Positions 51,136-60,915 of a stretch of DNA of 64,000 nt are shown here, one piece after another. The translations under genes were made by a program, and so were the position numbers. Under the pieces are notes generated by a model. That model had not been told where the DNA came from. It worked only from the letters and a program-made list of their open reading frames with translations, and made no database searches. This DNA comes from Candidatus Melainabacteria bacterium (GTDB taxonomy: Bacteria; Cyanobacteriota; Vampirovibrionia; 2-02-FULL-35-15), in contig JAHFBG010000006.1 in assembly GCA_023250155.1 (NCBI GenBank), positions 78,963-142,962 of the forward strand. Reading direction: 5' to 3'. Position 1 is the first letter of the stretch; every line of letters starts with the position of its first letter.

Positions 51136-51621
51136 TTATTGGGCTCCACCATTGTCAAGAGCAATTATTATATCAGGCATACCCATTACAATTCCATAAC
51201 CTGCCAGAACAAAACCACCAAGTGTTTCTTGTGTCATGACTTCTTTAGTCTTTCCAAGGACAAAGGGCTCAGCTAAGCTAACATCAGGAATATAACAAAT
51301 ATCTCCTGCACCCTCAGCTTCTAAACCATCAACAATCATTACAGGTTCATTTGTAAATGGGTTGTTAAGACTTTTTGTTAAGCCATTTTCTACAATTTCA
51401 TTTGCATCCATAGGAACTATCCCACTCATGTCAACCACAGCAATTGCTATGTTTGCTCTTAATGCTTGTACGCTTGCATTAACGCTTGCATTCTTTGCTC
51501 TGTCTTGTGCACCAATCAAATTTGGAACAGCAAGCGTAATTAGTATACCTATAATTACGACTACAACTAAAAGCTCTATTAATGTAAACCCATTTTCATT
51601 TCTTTGAACTTGGAATTTCAT
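51136..51621 (-). CDS. Type IV pilin-like protein (prepilin-type N-terminal cleavage/methylation domain)
   Basis: GFTLIELLVVVVIIGIL class III signal. SD AAAGGAGAAAAG before ATG 51621. Confidence 0.85.
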   Translation of the reverse strand: MKFQVQRNENGFTLIELLVVVVIIGILITLAVPNLIGAQDRAKNASVNASVQALRANIAIAVVDMSGIVPMDANEIVENGLTKSLNNPFTNEPVMIVDGLEAEGAGDICYIPDVSLAEPFVLGKTKEVMTQETLGGFVLAGYGIVMGMPDIIIALDNGGAQ

Positions 51622-51722
51622 TTTCTTTTCTCCTTTATAAGTTTTCAAATATAATTAAATGTGCTTATGATATTTTAACTCAAAAATTTCAGCTAGAACA
51701 AGAAAGGTATAAATTATAAATT

Positions 51723-52172
51723 ATGGAAAGAACATTTGTTGCTATAAAACCAGATGCAGTTCAAAGAGGACTCATTGGAGAAGTGATTGATAGATTTGAA
51801 CAAAGAGGATTTAAATTAGTAGGTATGAAATTTATGAAAGTAAGTAATGAACTTGCTGAAAAACATTATGGTGAACATAAAGGTAAACCATTTTTTGGTG
51901 GGCTTGTAAGTTTTATAACGTCAGCACCTATCGTTGCAATGGTATGGGAAGGTAAAGATGCTGTAGATAATATAAGAAAAATGATGGGTAAAACTAATCC
52001 AAAAGATGCTGATACAGGAACTATAAGGGGAGATTTAGCAATTGATATTGGTCGTAATGCTGTACATGGATCTGATAGTGTTGAAAGTGCAAAAAGAGAG
52101 ATAAGTATATTCTTTAAAGAAGAAGAACTTGTAAATTGGGAACCAGAAATACATAAGTGGATTTATGAGTAG
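51723..52172 (+). CDS. ndk: Nucleoside diphosphate kinase
   Basis: [21 protein letters not shown] and NAVHGSDS (active-site His). Confidence 0.9.
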   Translation: MERTFVAIKPDAVQRGLIGEVIDRFEQRGFKLVGMKFMKVSNELAEKHYGEHKGKPFFGGLVSFITSAPIVAMVWEGKDAVDNIRKMMGKTNPKDADTGTIRGDLAIDIGRNAVHGSDSVESAKREISIFFKEEELVNWEPEIHKWIYE

Positions 52173-52214
52173 TGTTATAATCATTGGTCTTGAAAGCAAT
52201 GTGAGGTAATAAAA

Positions 52215-52436
52215 ATGGTTCGTATACGTTTATCACGAAGAGGAAAAAAAGGTGCTCCTTTTTATAGAATTGTTGTAACTGATATAGAGACAAAAAGAGA
52301 TGGGGATCCTATTGAACAAATTGGAACTTATAATCCATTTACTAAAGCCTTGAAATTAGACAAGGTAAAAGCAGAAGAGTGGATTAAAAAAGGTGCTAAA
52401 CCCTCTGAAACAGTTTTAAGTCTTTTAAAGAAATAA
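52215..52436 (+). CDS. rpsP: 30S ribosomal protein S16
   Basis: MVRIRLSRRGKKGAPFYRIVVTD is the typical S16 N-terminus. Confidence 0.9.
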   Translation: MVRIRLSRRGKKGAPFYRIVVTDIETKRDGDPIEQIGTYNPFTKALKLDKVKAEEWIKKGAKPSETVLSLLKK

Positions 52437-52450
52437 AATCATTTAAATAA

Positions 52451-52954
52451 TTACTTATTTGATGGGCTTGATAGAGAAGCCCCAATTACTATTGTCCATA
52501 AGAAAGTAGCACCAATAGTTGATGTAATTCCAATACATTTAGAGCATGCTCCAAATAAATCTTCTTTAATACGTGTTGCTGCTGCAAGTGAAGTGATAAC
52601 TATAGAAGTAACTACTAAGGGTAAGACAGATGTACTTGTACTTTGTGATTTTGTTTCTATGTTTAGTGTTGGTTTTGGTGGAAGAGGTGGTGGAGATGTT
52701 GAGTTAGTATAATCATTTTCATTGCATAGATGTGGTGAAGAACTTTTTGTATCCTCTTTTTTATTAGAAGAATTAAACTCTGAATTTTGAATTAATGTTT
52801 CTTCACTATCAGGAGAATAAATTTTCAGTGACCATTCTTGGGTAGGACTTGTTGAATATAATTTTGGTGCAGTGCTTCCAAATACTACAGGCTGTTTTCT
52901 AAGTTCTCGTGCTAGCGTTGATTTTACTTTACCCACTTTAGCTATATTATTCAT
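52451..52954 (-). CDS. Hypothetical membrane protein with Ser/Thr/Pro-rich linker
   Basis: Low-complexity middle (STSPPPLPPKPT) and two C-terminal hydrophobic helices. No motif. Confidence 0.45.
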   Translation of the reverse strand: MNNIAKVGKVKSTLARELRKQPVVFGSTAPKLYSTSPTQEWSLKIYSPDSEETLIQNSEFNSSNKKEDTKSSSPHLCNENDYTNSTSPPPLPPKPTLNIETKSQSTSTSVLPLVVTSIVITSLAAATRIKEDLFGACSKCIGITSTIGATFLWTIVIGASLSSPSNK

Positions 52955-53153
52955 ATGTAATTACCTCCACTTCGTTAAGCGTATTTACTTGATATGTCCG
53001 ATTTGTAACTTATGGAAATAGATTAATATTATGTTTCTTACAAATCAATACTTGGGCAAAACCTTAATAATTTAAAGATCTAGATTTTGTTAATTTTTAT
53101 TAGAAATTTTAGTGATTTGATAATGAAATAATGGTTAAATAGTTAATACGATT

Positions 53154-54524
53154 ATGAACATTAGAGAGATTTTAACTAGCGCAATAAATAAATATAAAAA
53201 TCTTGCTGACTATTTAGAAATAAGAGTTGAAAAAGGAGAGTTGTTTTCCTTAAGCTTCCAAGGACAAGTACTTGATAATTTAACCTCTACTACAAATCTT
53301 GGTGGCTGTGTGCGAGCTATGTATAAAGGTGGTTGGGGATTTGTAAGTTTTAATAGCCTTGATAATTTAGAAGAAAAAGTATCGCTTGCAATTAGGCAAT
53401 CAAAAATTGTTGGCAAATCAAGTTTAAAATTTATTGAACCACAGGTTAGAGAAGCTATTGTAAATGTAGATATTAAGAATGATCCAAGACAAGTTTCATC
53501 TAAAGAAAAAAAGAATTTGTTTGAGCACTATAATTCACTTATATTAGCCCAATCATCTAAGATTCAATCCACGCAGGTATCTTATAGAGATGAAGTACAA
53601 AGAATATATTTTATTAATTCATTTGGAAGCTATATAGAACAAGAACGATTAGATGTAGTGGGCAGGTTTAATGTAGTGGCTAGAGATGGAAACAATGTCA
53701 AGCAAGCCTTTGAAAGCGTCACAAGTCGCGACTCTTATGATAAGGTTTTAAATTTTGATAAAAAAGTTTTAGAAACTACAGAACGAGCATTAAGACAATT
53801 AGATGCAAAACCTGTTAATGCTGGTACATATACAGTAGTTCTTGATCCAAAACTTACAGGAGTGTTTATTCATGAGGCTTTTGGACATTTGTCTGAAGGT
53901 GATAATGTTTATGAAAATGAAAGAATGAGAGAAATATTAGTCTTAGGAAAAGAAGTAGCAGTCCCACAATTGACCATAGTAGACAGTGCTGTTATTCCAG
54001 ATCTTCCTGGTTCATATGTCTTTGATGATGAGGGCATACCAGCACAAAAAACAGTTTTAGTAGAAAATGGGATTTTAAAAAATAGGCTTCATGACAGGGA
54101 AACAGCAGCAAAAATGTCAGAAGCTCCTACAGGAAATGGTAGGGCTCTTACTTATGGTTTTTCTCCTATTCCAAGAATGACTAATACATATATTGATAAT
54201 GGCAGTGTTGGTTTTAATGAAATGATATCGGATATAAAAGAAGGAATATACGCTATTAGAATGCTTGGTGGACAGACAAACGGTGAGCTTTTTACATTCA
54301 GTAGTGGTGAGGCTTTTATGATTAGAAATGGCCAAATAGCAGAACCAGTTTCTGATGTTACATTAAGTGGAAATGTGTTTCACACTTTAAAAAACATAGA
54401 AGCAGTTGGAAACGATTTAGCATTTTCTAGTGGTAGTTGTGGCAAATGTGGTCAGAACGGTTTACCAGTCGGTGTAGGTGGACCACATATACGAATAAAA
54501 AATATTTTAGTTGGTGGTAGGTAG
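53154..54524 (+). CDS. tldD: TldD/PmbA-family metalloprotease (TldD-like)
   Basis: HEAFGH zinc motif, GGWGFVSFN and a C-terminal Gly-rich beta region. Confidence 0.8.
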   Translation: MNIREILTSAINKYKNLADYLEIRVEKGELFSLSFQGQVLDNLTSTTNLGGCVRAMYKGGWGFVSFNSLDNLEEKVSLAIRQSKIVGKSSLKFIEPQVREAIVNVDIKNDPRQVSSKEKKNLFEHYNSLILAQSSKIQSTQVSYRDEVQRIYFINSFGSYIEQERLDVVGRFNVVARDGNNVKQAFESVTSRDSYDKVLNFDKKVLETTERALRQLDAKPVNAGTYTVVLDPKLTGVFIHEAFGHLSEGDNVYENERMREILVLGKEVAVPQLTIVDSAVIPDLPGSYVFDDEGIPAQKTVLVENGILKNRLHDRETAAKMSEAPTGNGRALTYGFSPIPRMTNTYIDNGSVGFNEMISDIKEGIYAIRMLGGQTNGELFTFSSGEAFMIRNGQIAEPVSDVTLSGNVFHTLKNIEAVGNDLAFSSGSCGKCGQNGLPVGVGGPHIRIKNILVGGR

Positions 54525-54608
54525 ATTGCTAGATATTGTATCTCGTCATTTTAAATATTTTTGTTATTCTTGTTAAAAAAACTTTTCTATAAAGCTATAA
54601 TCTCCCTT

Positions 54609-56555
54609 ATGGCAGATTTAATTTTAAAAACATCATGGTTAATTGCAGCTCTTCCATTACTTAGTGCACTTTTAATAATGTTCTTTTTTCACTATTCAAG
54701 AAAACTTAGTGCATTTTTATCAATTGGAGCAATAGGATATGGATTAGCTCATTCATTACTAGTTTTAACGGTTAGTTATTTAAACCCAGAAAGAACCTTA
54801 GAGTTAAATGTCCCTTGGATTACTGCAGGTACGTTTAAATTGTTTGTGGGGTATTTAGTGGATCCGCTTTGTTCCATGATGCTAGTTGTCGTCTGTGCTG
54901 TAAGTTTTTTTGTACAAATTTATACACATGGGTATATGAAGGAAGATCCAAACTACAGTAAGTTTTATTCTTATCTTTCACTTTTTACCTTTTCAATGCT
55001 TGGTTTAGTTTTTTCCACAAATTTATTTCAAAGCTATATCTTTTGGGAATTGGTTGGTGTGTGTAGTTATCTTCTTATTGGGTTTTGGTGGTACAAGCAG
55101 CCTGCAGCAAATGCATGTACAAAGGCATTTTTAGTAAATAGAATTGGAGATGCAGGATTATTAATAGGGTTATTAATGTTGTTCTTTTCTACACAGAGTT
55201 TTTGGCAGGATAAAGTTACCCTATCGTTTGGTGAATTAAAAAATGCTTTAGATTGGGCTATTAGCTCAAATGCTTTGCCTATAATCGGTGTTATTAGTGT
55301 TACTACAATTGCACTTTTTGTACTAATGGGACCTATGGCAAAATCTGCACAGTTTCCTTTACATGTGTGGCTGCCTGATGCCATGGAAGGTCCTACACCA
55401 ATTTCAGCATTAATTCATGCAGCTACTATGGTGGCAGCAGGTGTTTACTTGATAGCTAGAGCATATCCACTATATTTAGCAAGCCCAATGGCTATGCATA
55501 CTGTAGCTTGGATAGGTGGTATTACAGCTATTTTTAGTGCAAGCATTGCACTGAGCCAGTACGATATAAAAAGAACGCTTGCATATTCTACATGTTCTCA
55601 GCTTGGTTATATGGTTATGGCTTTAGGGCTTGGAGCATATTCAGCAGGCTTATTTCACCTAATGACACATGCATTTTTTAAAGCAATGTTATTTTTATGT
55701 TCTGGTTCAGTAATTGTAGGATGTCATCATGAACAAGATATGAGACATATGGGTGGGCTTAAAAAGTTCATGCCCATTACATCCCGTACATGTTTAATTG
55801 GAGTTCTTGCCATCTCTGGATTTCCTCTGCTTAGTGGTTTTTGGTCAAAAGATATGATTTTAGCTAGTGCATGGGAGCATAGTAAGATACTTTTTGTAGT
55901 AGGTTCACTAACAGCTATGCTAACAGCGTTTTATATGTTTCGTTTATACTTTATGACTTTTTCAGGTGAATATAAAGGGCATGCTCATCCACATGAGAGT
56001 AGTCCTTCTATTACTACTCCACTTGTTTGTTTAGCAATTCCATCTATATTTATTGGATTAATTGGTTCGCCATTAATGCCTGGCGGAGATAAATTCTCTT
56101 CTTTTATACATTATGGTGAACATCATATGCATCATGAATGGGGTGTAAGTGCTTTTGTTCATGAGTTTTTAACACCTCAAGGCTTTATTCCATTTTTAGC
56201 TTTTGTTTTTGGTACATTTTTTGCATGGCTTATTTATAGAAAAGGTGTTTCTGTAAATGAATACATTAAAAAGAACCTCTCTTTTATCTATAAACTTTCA
56301 TTTAATAAATGGTACATAGATGAAGTCTATTTTTGGATTTTAAATAATATGATTATGCCTGTCTATAAAACTCTGTGGGCTGCTTGTGATAAATTGCTTA
56401 TAGATGGCTTTTTTGTAAATGGCTCAGCTTTAGTTTCTTCTATCATTGGAAATAGGCTTAGATACATTGAAACTGGTCGTGCCCAGCTGTATGCACTTGT
56501 TATTTTTGGTTCAGTACTGGTTAGTGTATTGTATTTTGTTTTTAAAATGAGGTAA
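54609..56555 (+). CDS. nuoL: NADH-quinone oxidoreductase subunit L / NdhF-like proton-pumping subunit
   Basis: WELVGVCSYLLIGFWW, FPLHVWLPDAMEGPTPISALIHAATMV and HAFFKAMLFLCSG. ATG at 54609 preferred over the TTG track start. Confidence 0.85.
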   Translation: MADLILKTSWLIAALPLLSALLIMFFFHYSRKLSAFLSIGAIGYGLAHSLLVLTVSYLNPERTLELNVPWITAGTFKLFVGYLVDPLCSMMLVVVCAVSFFVQIYTHGYMKEDPNYSKFYSYLSLFTFSMLGLVFSTNLFQSYIFWELVGVCSYLLIGFWWYKQPAANACTKAFLVNRIGDAGLLIGLLMLFFSTQSFWQDKVTLSFGELKNALDWAISSNALPIIGVISVTTIALFVLMGPMAKSAQFPLHVWLPDAMEGPTPISALIHAATMVAAGVYLIARAYPLYLASPMAMHTVAWIGGITAIFSASIALSQYDIKRTLAYSTCSQLGYMVMALGLGAYSAGLFHLMTHAFFKAMLFLCSGSVIVGCHHEQDMRHMGGLKKFMPITSRTCLIGVLAISGFPLLSGFWSKDMILASAWEHSKILFVVGSLTAMLTAFYMFRLYFMTFSGEYKGHAHPHESSPSITTPLVCLAIPSIFIGLIGSPLMPGGDKFSSFIHYGEHHMHHEWGVSAFVHEFLTPQGFIPFLAFVFGTFFAWLIYRKGVSVNEYIKKNLSFIYKLSFNKWYIDEVYFWILNNMIMPVYKTLWAACDKLLIDGFFVNGSALVSSIIGNRLRYIETGRAQLYALVIFGSVLVSVLYFVFKMR

Positions 56556-56570
56556 AAGTGGGGGGATAGT

Positions 56571-58109
56571 ATGCTGACAGAATTCTTTTTAAACCATGCA
56601 TTGTCAATTATATTGATAGTCCCATTGATAGCAGCTTTGATCATTGCATTATTACCAGACAAAGAGTCGATTTGTAGAATTGTTGCATTAGTTTTTTCTT
56701 TAGATATTTTATTAGATGTTCTTGTAATTATCGTTTCAAAATTTGATCCACATTTAACAGCCCTCCAATATGTAGAAAGCTATCGTTGGTTTGGAGATAC
56801 TATAAGAATAAAACTTGGAACTGATGGGCTAAGTATTTCTATGGTATTACTTATGGCAATACTTCTTCCAGTGGTGATCATAGCTAGTGAACCGATTGCT
56901 AAGGATAAACCAAAGTTTTACTATTCAATGCTAATGCTATTGGCTGCAAGTGTCTTAGGAGTATTTGTAGCACAAGATTTATTTTTATTCTTTTTATTAT
57001 GGGAGTTAGAGCTTGTCCCTATGTACTTCTTAATAGCTGTTTGGGGAGGGGCAAATAGAAACTACGCATCTATAAAGTTTTTAATTTATACATTTATTGC
57101 TGGTGCATTTATGTTTGCAGGTGTTTTGTTTTTATTTTTTAACTCTGGTGCAAATACCTTTGATATGGAAGTTCTTGCAAGCAGCACAAAGAACATGTCT
57201 TCTGGCATTCAGCTTTTATGCTTTCTTTTATTTTTTATTTGTTTTATTATCAAGCTCCCATCCTTTCCCTTTCATACATGGCTTCCTGATGCTCACGTAG
57301 AAGCTCCTACACCGGTATCTATGCTATTAGCTGGAATTCTTTTAAAAATGGGTGGTTATGGTATTTATCGTATTTGTGCAGGATTCTTTCCAGAAGTACT
57401 TGCTAAGGTAGGTATTTTTATTGCACTTCTTGCTGCTGTAAATATTATTGGTGCTGCAATTGCATGTCTTGTACAGGATGATATGAAGCGGGTTATAGCT
57501 TATTCTTCTGTATCGCATATGGGTTTTGTTTTACTTGGTGTAGCATCACTTACTAGTGCTGGTTTTAGCGGTGGAATATTTCAAATGTTTAGCCATGGAC
57601 TAATTAGTGCTGCACTTTTTATGCTGGTAGGTACTTTGTATGAAAGAACTCATACAAGGCTTATTTCTGACTATGGTGGTATGACTAAGTATATGCCAAA
57701 GTGTTTTTATTTATTTATACTTGCCAGCATGGCAAATCTTGCACTACCAGCTTTATCTGGTTTTGTTGGTGAGAGTTTGATTTTTTATGGAGCCTTTAGC
57801 TCTGAGTTTTTTAACAATTTCCCTACAAGATTTCATTTTAATTTTGGACAAATCTGTGTTTTGTTTTCATCGCTTGGCGTAGTTTTAACAGCAGGTTATA
57901 TGTTATGGCTTTTACAAAGAGTTTTTATGGGCAAAGAAAATACAAAATGGTCAGGCTTAAGTGATTTAAGGATGTCTGAAGTAGTAGTTCTTGGAACACT
58001 TTTAGCACTTGTCGTTTTATATGGTGTTTATCCAGTTTCTTTATCAAATCTATATGAACCAAGTTCAACAGCGCTTCTTAATTTTGTAAGTTCTAATCTG
58101 AGTAATTAA
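56571..58109 (+). CDS. nuoM: NADH-quinone oxidoreductase subunit M / NdhD-like
   Basis: LWELELVPMYFLI, FPFHTWLPDAHVEAPTPVSMLLAG and SSVSHMGFV. Confidence 0.85.
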   Translation: MLTEFFLNHALSIILIVPLIAALIIALLPDKESICRIVALVFSLDILLDVLVIIVSKFDPHLTALQYVESYRWFGDTIRIKLGTDGLSISMVLLMAILLPVVIIASEPIAKDKPKFYYSMLMLLAASVLGVFVAQDLFLFFLLWELELVPMYFLIAVWGGANRNYASIKFLIYTFIAGAFMFAGVLFLFFNSGANTFDMEVLASSTKNMSSGIQLLCFLLFFICFIIKLPSFPFHTWLPDAHVEAPTPVSMLLAGILLKMGGYGIYRICAGFFPEVLAKVGIFIALLAAVNIIGAAIACLVQDDMKRVIAYSSVSHMGFVLLGVASLTSAGFSGGIFQMFSHGLISAALFMLVGTLYERTHTRLISDYGGMTKYMPKCFYLFILASMANLALPALSGFVGESLIFYGAFSSEFFNNFPTRFHFNFGQICVLFSSLGVVLTAGYMLWLLQRVFMGKENTKWSGLSDLRMSEVVVLGTLLALVVLYGVYPVSLSNLYEPSSTALLNFVSSNLSN

Positions 58110-58118
58110 CCTATACTT

Positions 58119-58343
58119 TTGGACTATTTAAATGCAGCTTTAGAAATGGCAAAATATGAACTTATGCCAAATGAGAGAGAAAAATCCTATGCAGAAATTC
58201 CAGTATGTCGTGGTGTTTGGGCTACAGGAAAGACTTTAGAAGAGTGTAGAAAGAATTTAATGAGTACGCTTGAGGGATGGTTGATTGTTAGATTACAAAG
58301 AAAACTCCCTATTCCAAAAATAAAAAATTATAGTTTTATATGA
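58119..58343 (+). CDS. HicB-like/UPF0150-type small protein, possibly N-terminally eroded
   Basis: YAEIPVCRGVWATGKTLEECRKNLMSTLEGWL resembles the HicB core. The ORF starts on TTG, and no hicA is adjacent. Confidence 0.4.
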   Translation: MDYLNAALEMAKYELMPNEREKSYAEIPVCRGVWATGKTLEECRKNLMSTLEGWLIVRLQRKLPIPKIKNYSFI

Positions 58344-58509
58344 TAAGAGGGAGACTAGTGTTAGTGATTCCTAACCTTCATAAAACCAGTATTTGAAGGA
58401 TAAAACAAGCAAAGATTAAGAGGGATAAGTGGTTAGTCTTTAACATGTCTATGCTATCATGTAGACCATTCAAATAGATTAAACAATATTTTAAATAAGG
58501 AGATAAAAA

Positions 58510-59088
58510 ATGAGAGTATCATCATTACAACAGTCGGACAGTGAAGGCTTTGATGAGCTAAGAGGAGATTTTCTAAGTCAACTAGTCCGAGCAATAGATC
58601 ACAAGCAGTTTGAGCTAGCAAGTAGGATTTTGAAGAGCAAGAAGTTAGATTTAAATTCTACAGATATCAGTGGAAATACAGCCCTTATTAAGGCAATATG
58701 GACTAGAAACATAAAACTAATAGAGAAATTAATTGAAAAAGGTGCTGATGTTAATTATTCTGATGGATATGACAGCGTACCACTCATTGATGCAGTACTT
58801 GCTGGAAACAACGTAGAAGTAGTAGAGATGTTACTTGAAAAAGGTGCTGATGTTAATAGTTCTAATAGCTTTGGAGAGACAGCACTTATTGAGACAATAA
58901 AAATATTATTAAAAAAGGGAGAAGGCGAAGTAAAAAAAGAAAAAGCAGTAAAAATAATAGAGAAGTTGCTTGAAAAAGGAGCTGATATTAATCTTAAATA
59001 TAGAGGAGAGACAGCACTTGTATTAGCAGCAAAAAGTGGCAATGTACAATTAGTACAATTACTTGCAAATAAATCAGGGGTTAAGTAA
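58510..59088 (+). CDS. Ankyrin-repeat protein
   Basis: Repeated GNTALI.A......IEKLIEKGADVN modules (about 4-5 repeats). Confidence 0.85.
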   Translation: MRVSSLQQSDSEGFDELRGDFLSQLVRAIDHKQFELASRILKSKKLDLNSTDISGNTALIKAIWTRNIKLIEKLIEKGADVNYSDGYDSVPLIDAVLAGNNVEVVEMLLEKGADVNSSNSFGETALIETIKILLKKGEGEVKKEKAVKIIEKLLEKGADINLKYRGETALVLAAKSGNVQLVQLLANKSGVK

Positions 59089-59109
59089 AGTTGTGGAGCT
59101 AGATTATCA

Positions 59110-59322
59110 ATGAGCATTAAAGCTTTTTTTTATGGAATGGGAAGTGTATTGAACCTTTGGCCGACTGTTGACTATATGCCAAAAAAATCAATAATAGAAG
59201 AAGCTTTGGCTGAGGATTGCAAAAAACTTGAGGGTGATTGGAAAAAAGTTGCAGGTGATATGCAAAGAGCTATTGATAAGATTGAAAAAGAAAACAGTAA
59301 AGCTAAAGAAAACAATAAGTAG
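59110..59322 (+). CDS. Hypothetical protein
   Basis: 70-aa ORF closely following the ankyrin gene. No motif. Confidence 0.4.
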   Translation: MSIKAFFYGMGSVLNLWPTVDYMPKKSIIEEALAEDCKKLEGDWKKVAGDMQRAIDKIEKENSKAKENNK

Positions 59323-59328
59323 GCTTAT

Positions 59329-59919
59329 ATGAAACCCAAACCAGTTGGAGCCAATGTTAGCTCAAGACAAACTCAATCGAAACACAAGACTATATTTGAA
59401 GTGTTAAAAATCTCACCTGGTGCTAAAGCACAAGTATTAAAAGATAAACTAATAGAATTTTTTACAGAAAGAGTTATAAAAGATATTTATAAAACTGGGA
59501 GAGGATTTAGTCAAGAAGGTTTTCGAAAGACACTTGCTGATGAAGTATTTGAGACTGTACAGCAAAATCCCAAGCTACAAAATACTGTAAAAGAAGCGAC
59601 AAAAAAAATACAAGAAGCAAAACAAAAACTTGATTTACCATTGAATACAGCTGCTGAAGTGGTTTATGAAAAAGGATTAGAAAGGGGTTTACAGAGAATC
59701 TTTCAAAAAGTGTTTGAAAATAAAAAAGATGTTAAGGTTCCGCGGTTAGTTTTAAATGAAGATGAGCTTTATGCTTCTTTAAAAGAAGATGTAGCAAATG
59801 TTTTAAGAGATAAATATCCTAAGCTTGAAATTACAGATGCAAGTGATGATGAAGTATATAAAAAACTTTCGCCTTTGATTGTCGCTGAGAAAGTATATGG
59901 AAAACTGCTTTTGAGATGA
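59329..59919 (+). CDS. Hypothetical protein
   Basis: 196-aa ORF, co-directional and lysine-rich. No motif. Confidence 0.45.
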   Translation: MKPKPVGANVSSRQTQSKHKTIFEVLKISPGAKAQVLKDKLIEFFTERVIKDIYKTGRGFSQEGFRKTLADEVFETVQQNPKLQNTVKEATKKIQEAKQKLDLPLNTAAEVVYEKGLERGLQRIFQKVFENKKDVKVPRLVLNEDELYASLKEDVANVLRDKYPKLEITDASDDEVYKKLSPLIVAEKVYGKLLLR

Positions 59920-59921
59920 TG

Positions 59922-60323
59922 TTAATGCACTTCAGCTAAAACAAAATTTGAATACTCATCAGCTGAAATAAGATCTTTGTTTTGAGTTGGATCAGAAGTA
60001 AGTTCTATCTTTAACATCCAACCCTTTCCATAAGGGTCTTGGTTAATGAGTTCTGGATGATCGTTTAAATCTTTGTTTACCTCAAGTATTTTCCCTGAGT
60101 TTGGAAGATAGAGTTCTGAAACAGATTTTACTGATTCTATAACACCAAACTTGTCGCCTAAGTTATAAGCTTTTCCAACTTCTGGTAGCTCTATATAAAC
60201 AATATCTCCAAGCTCATTACTGGCATATGATGTAATTCCGATAGTGGCTTGGTTGCCACTAATTTTTAAATATTCATGACTTTTTGAGTATTTTAATTCT
60301 TTTGGAAAATCTAGTTTGTTCAT
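59922..60323 (-). CDS. gcvH: Glycine cleavage system protein H
   Basis: GVIESVKSVSELYLP (lipoyl-lysine motif) and DPYGKGWM. Confidence 0.9.
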   Translation of the reverse strand: MNKLDFPKELKYSKSHEYLKISGNQATIGITSYASNELGDIVYIELPEVGKAYNLGDKFGVIESVKSVSELYLPNSGKILEVNKDLNDHPELINQDPYGKGWMLKIELTSDPTQNKDLISADEYSNFVLAEVH

Positions 60324-60650
60324 AGTGAGTATTATTTTAACAAAAACACCCTTAATCTATACATAACTAAAACATGTAATGCTTGGGATAGCCTAATTGT
60401 TTTTATAGCCAAAGATGTTATTTTTATAAGCAATTTGGGTAAAAAGTAGTGAAACTAGCTTAAAGATTAAGGTAGTTCAACTTCAAGAATAAAGCTTAAG
60501 TGAAAAAGTGAGCATAATTAATATTTTAGATTTTGTAATAATATCTATAGCAATTATCTTCTTAACGTTACTTTGTAATCTTAAGAGAACTTCATTTTGT
60601 TTTATTCAAAAAAGTTCTTGTAAAAGGAAAGACGGTAAATGGAGATAGTT

Positions 60651-60809
60651 ATGAGTAAACATATGGAATCAAAACAGAATAATAAAGAAGAAAATTGGTT
60701 AGACGACTTAATGGAAAGACAAGAGGAAGATTTAGAAAAAGAAGAAGAAATATTATCATCAGTACCAAGTAGAATAAAACATAAGTATTTAGAAAACGAC
60801 GAAGAATAG
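60651..60809 (+). CDS. Possible 52-aa highly acidic protein
   Basis: ATG preceded by a GGAG-containing stretch. MSKHMESKQNNKEENWLDDLMERQEEDLEKEEE... Below the track cutoff. Confidence 0.3.
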   Translation: MSKHMESKQNNKEENWLDDLMERQEEDLEKEEEILSSVPSRIKHKYLENDEE

Positions 60810-60915
60810 AAAACTACAAATTAAGAATTAAAAGATAGGAACTTACTCAAGTTAGATACTTCTATTTGATTGTTCACATAATTGTATTGGTTTTATATTT
60901 TAGTGGAACAATCAA

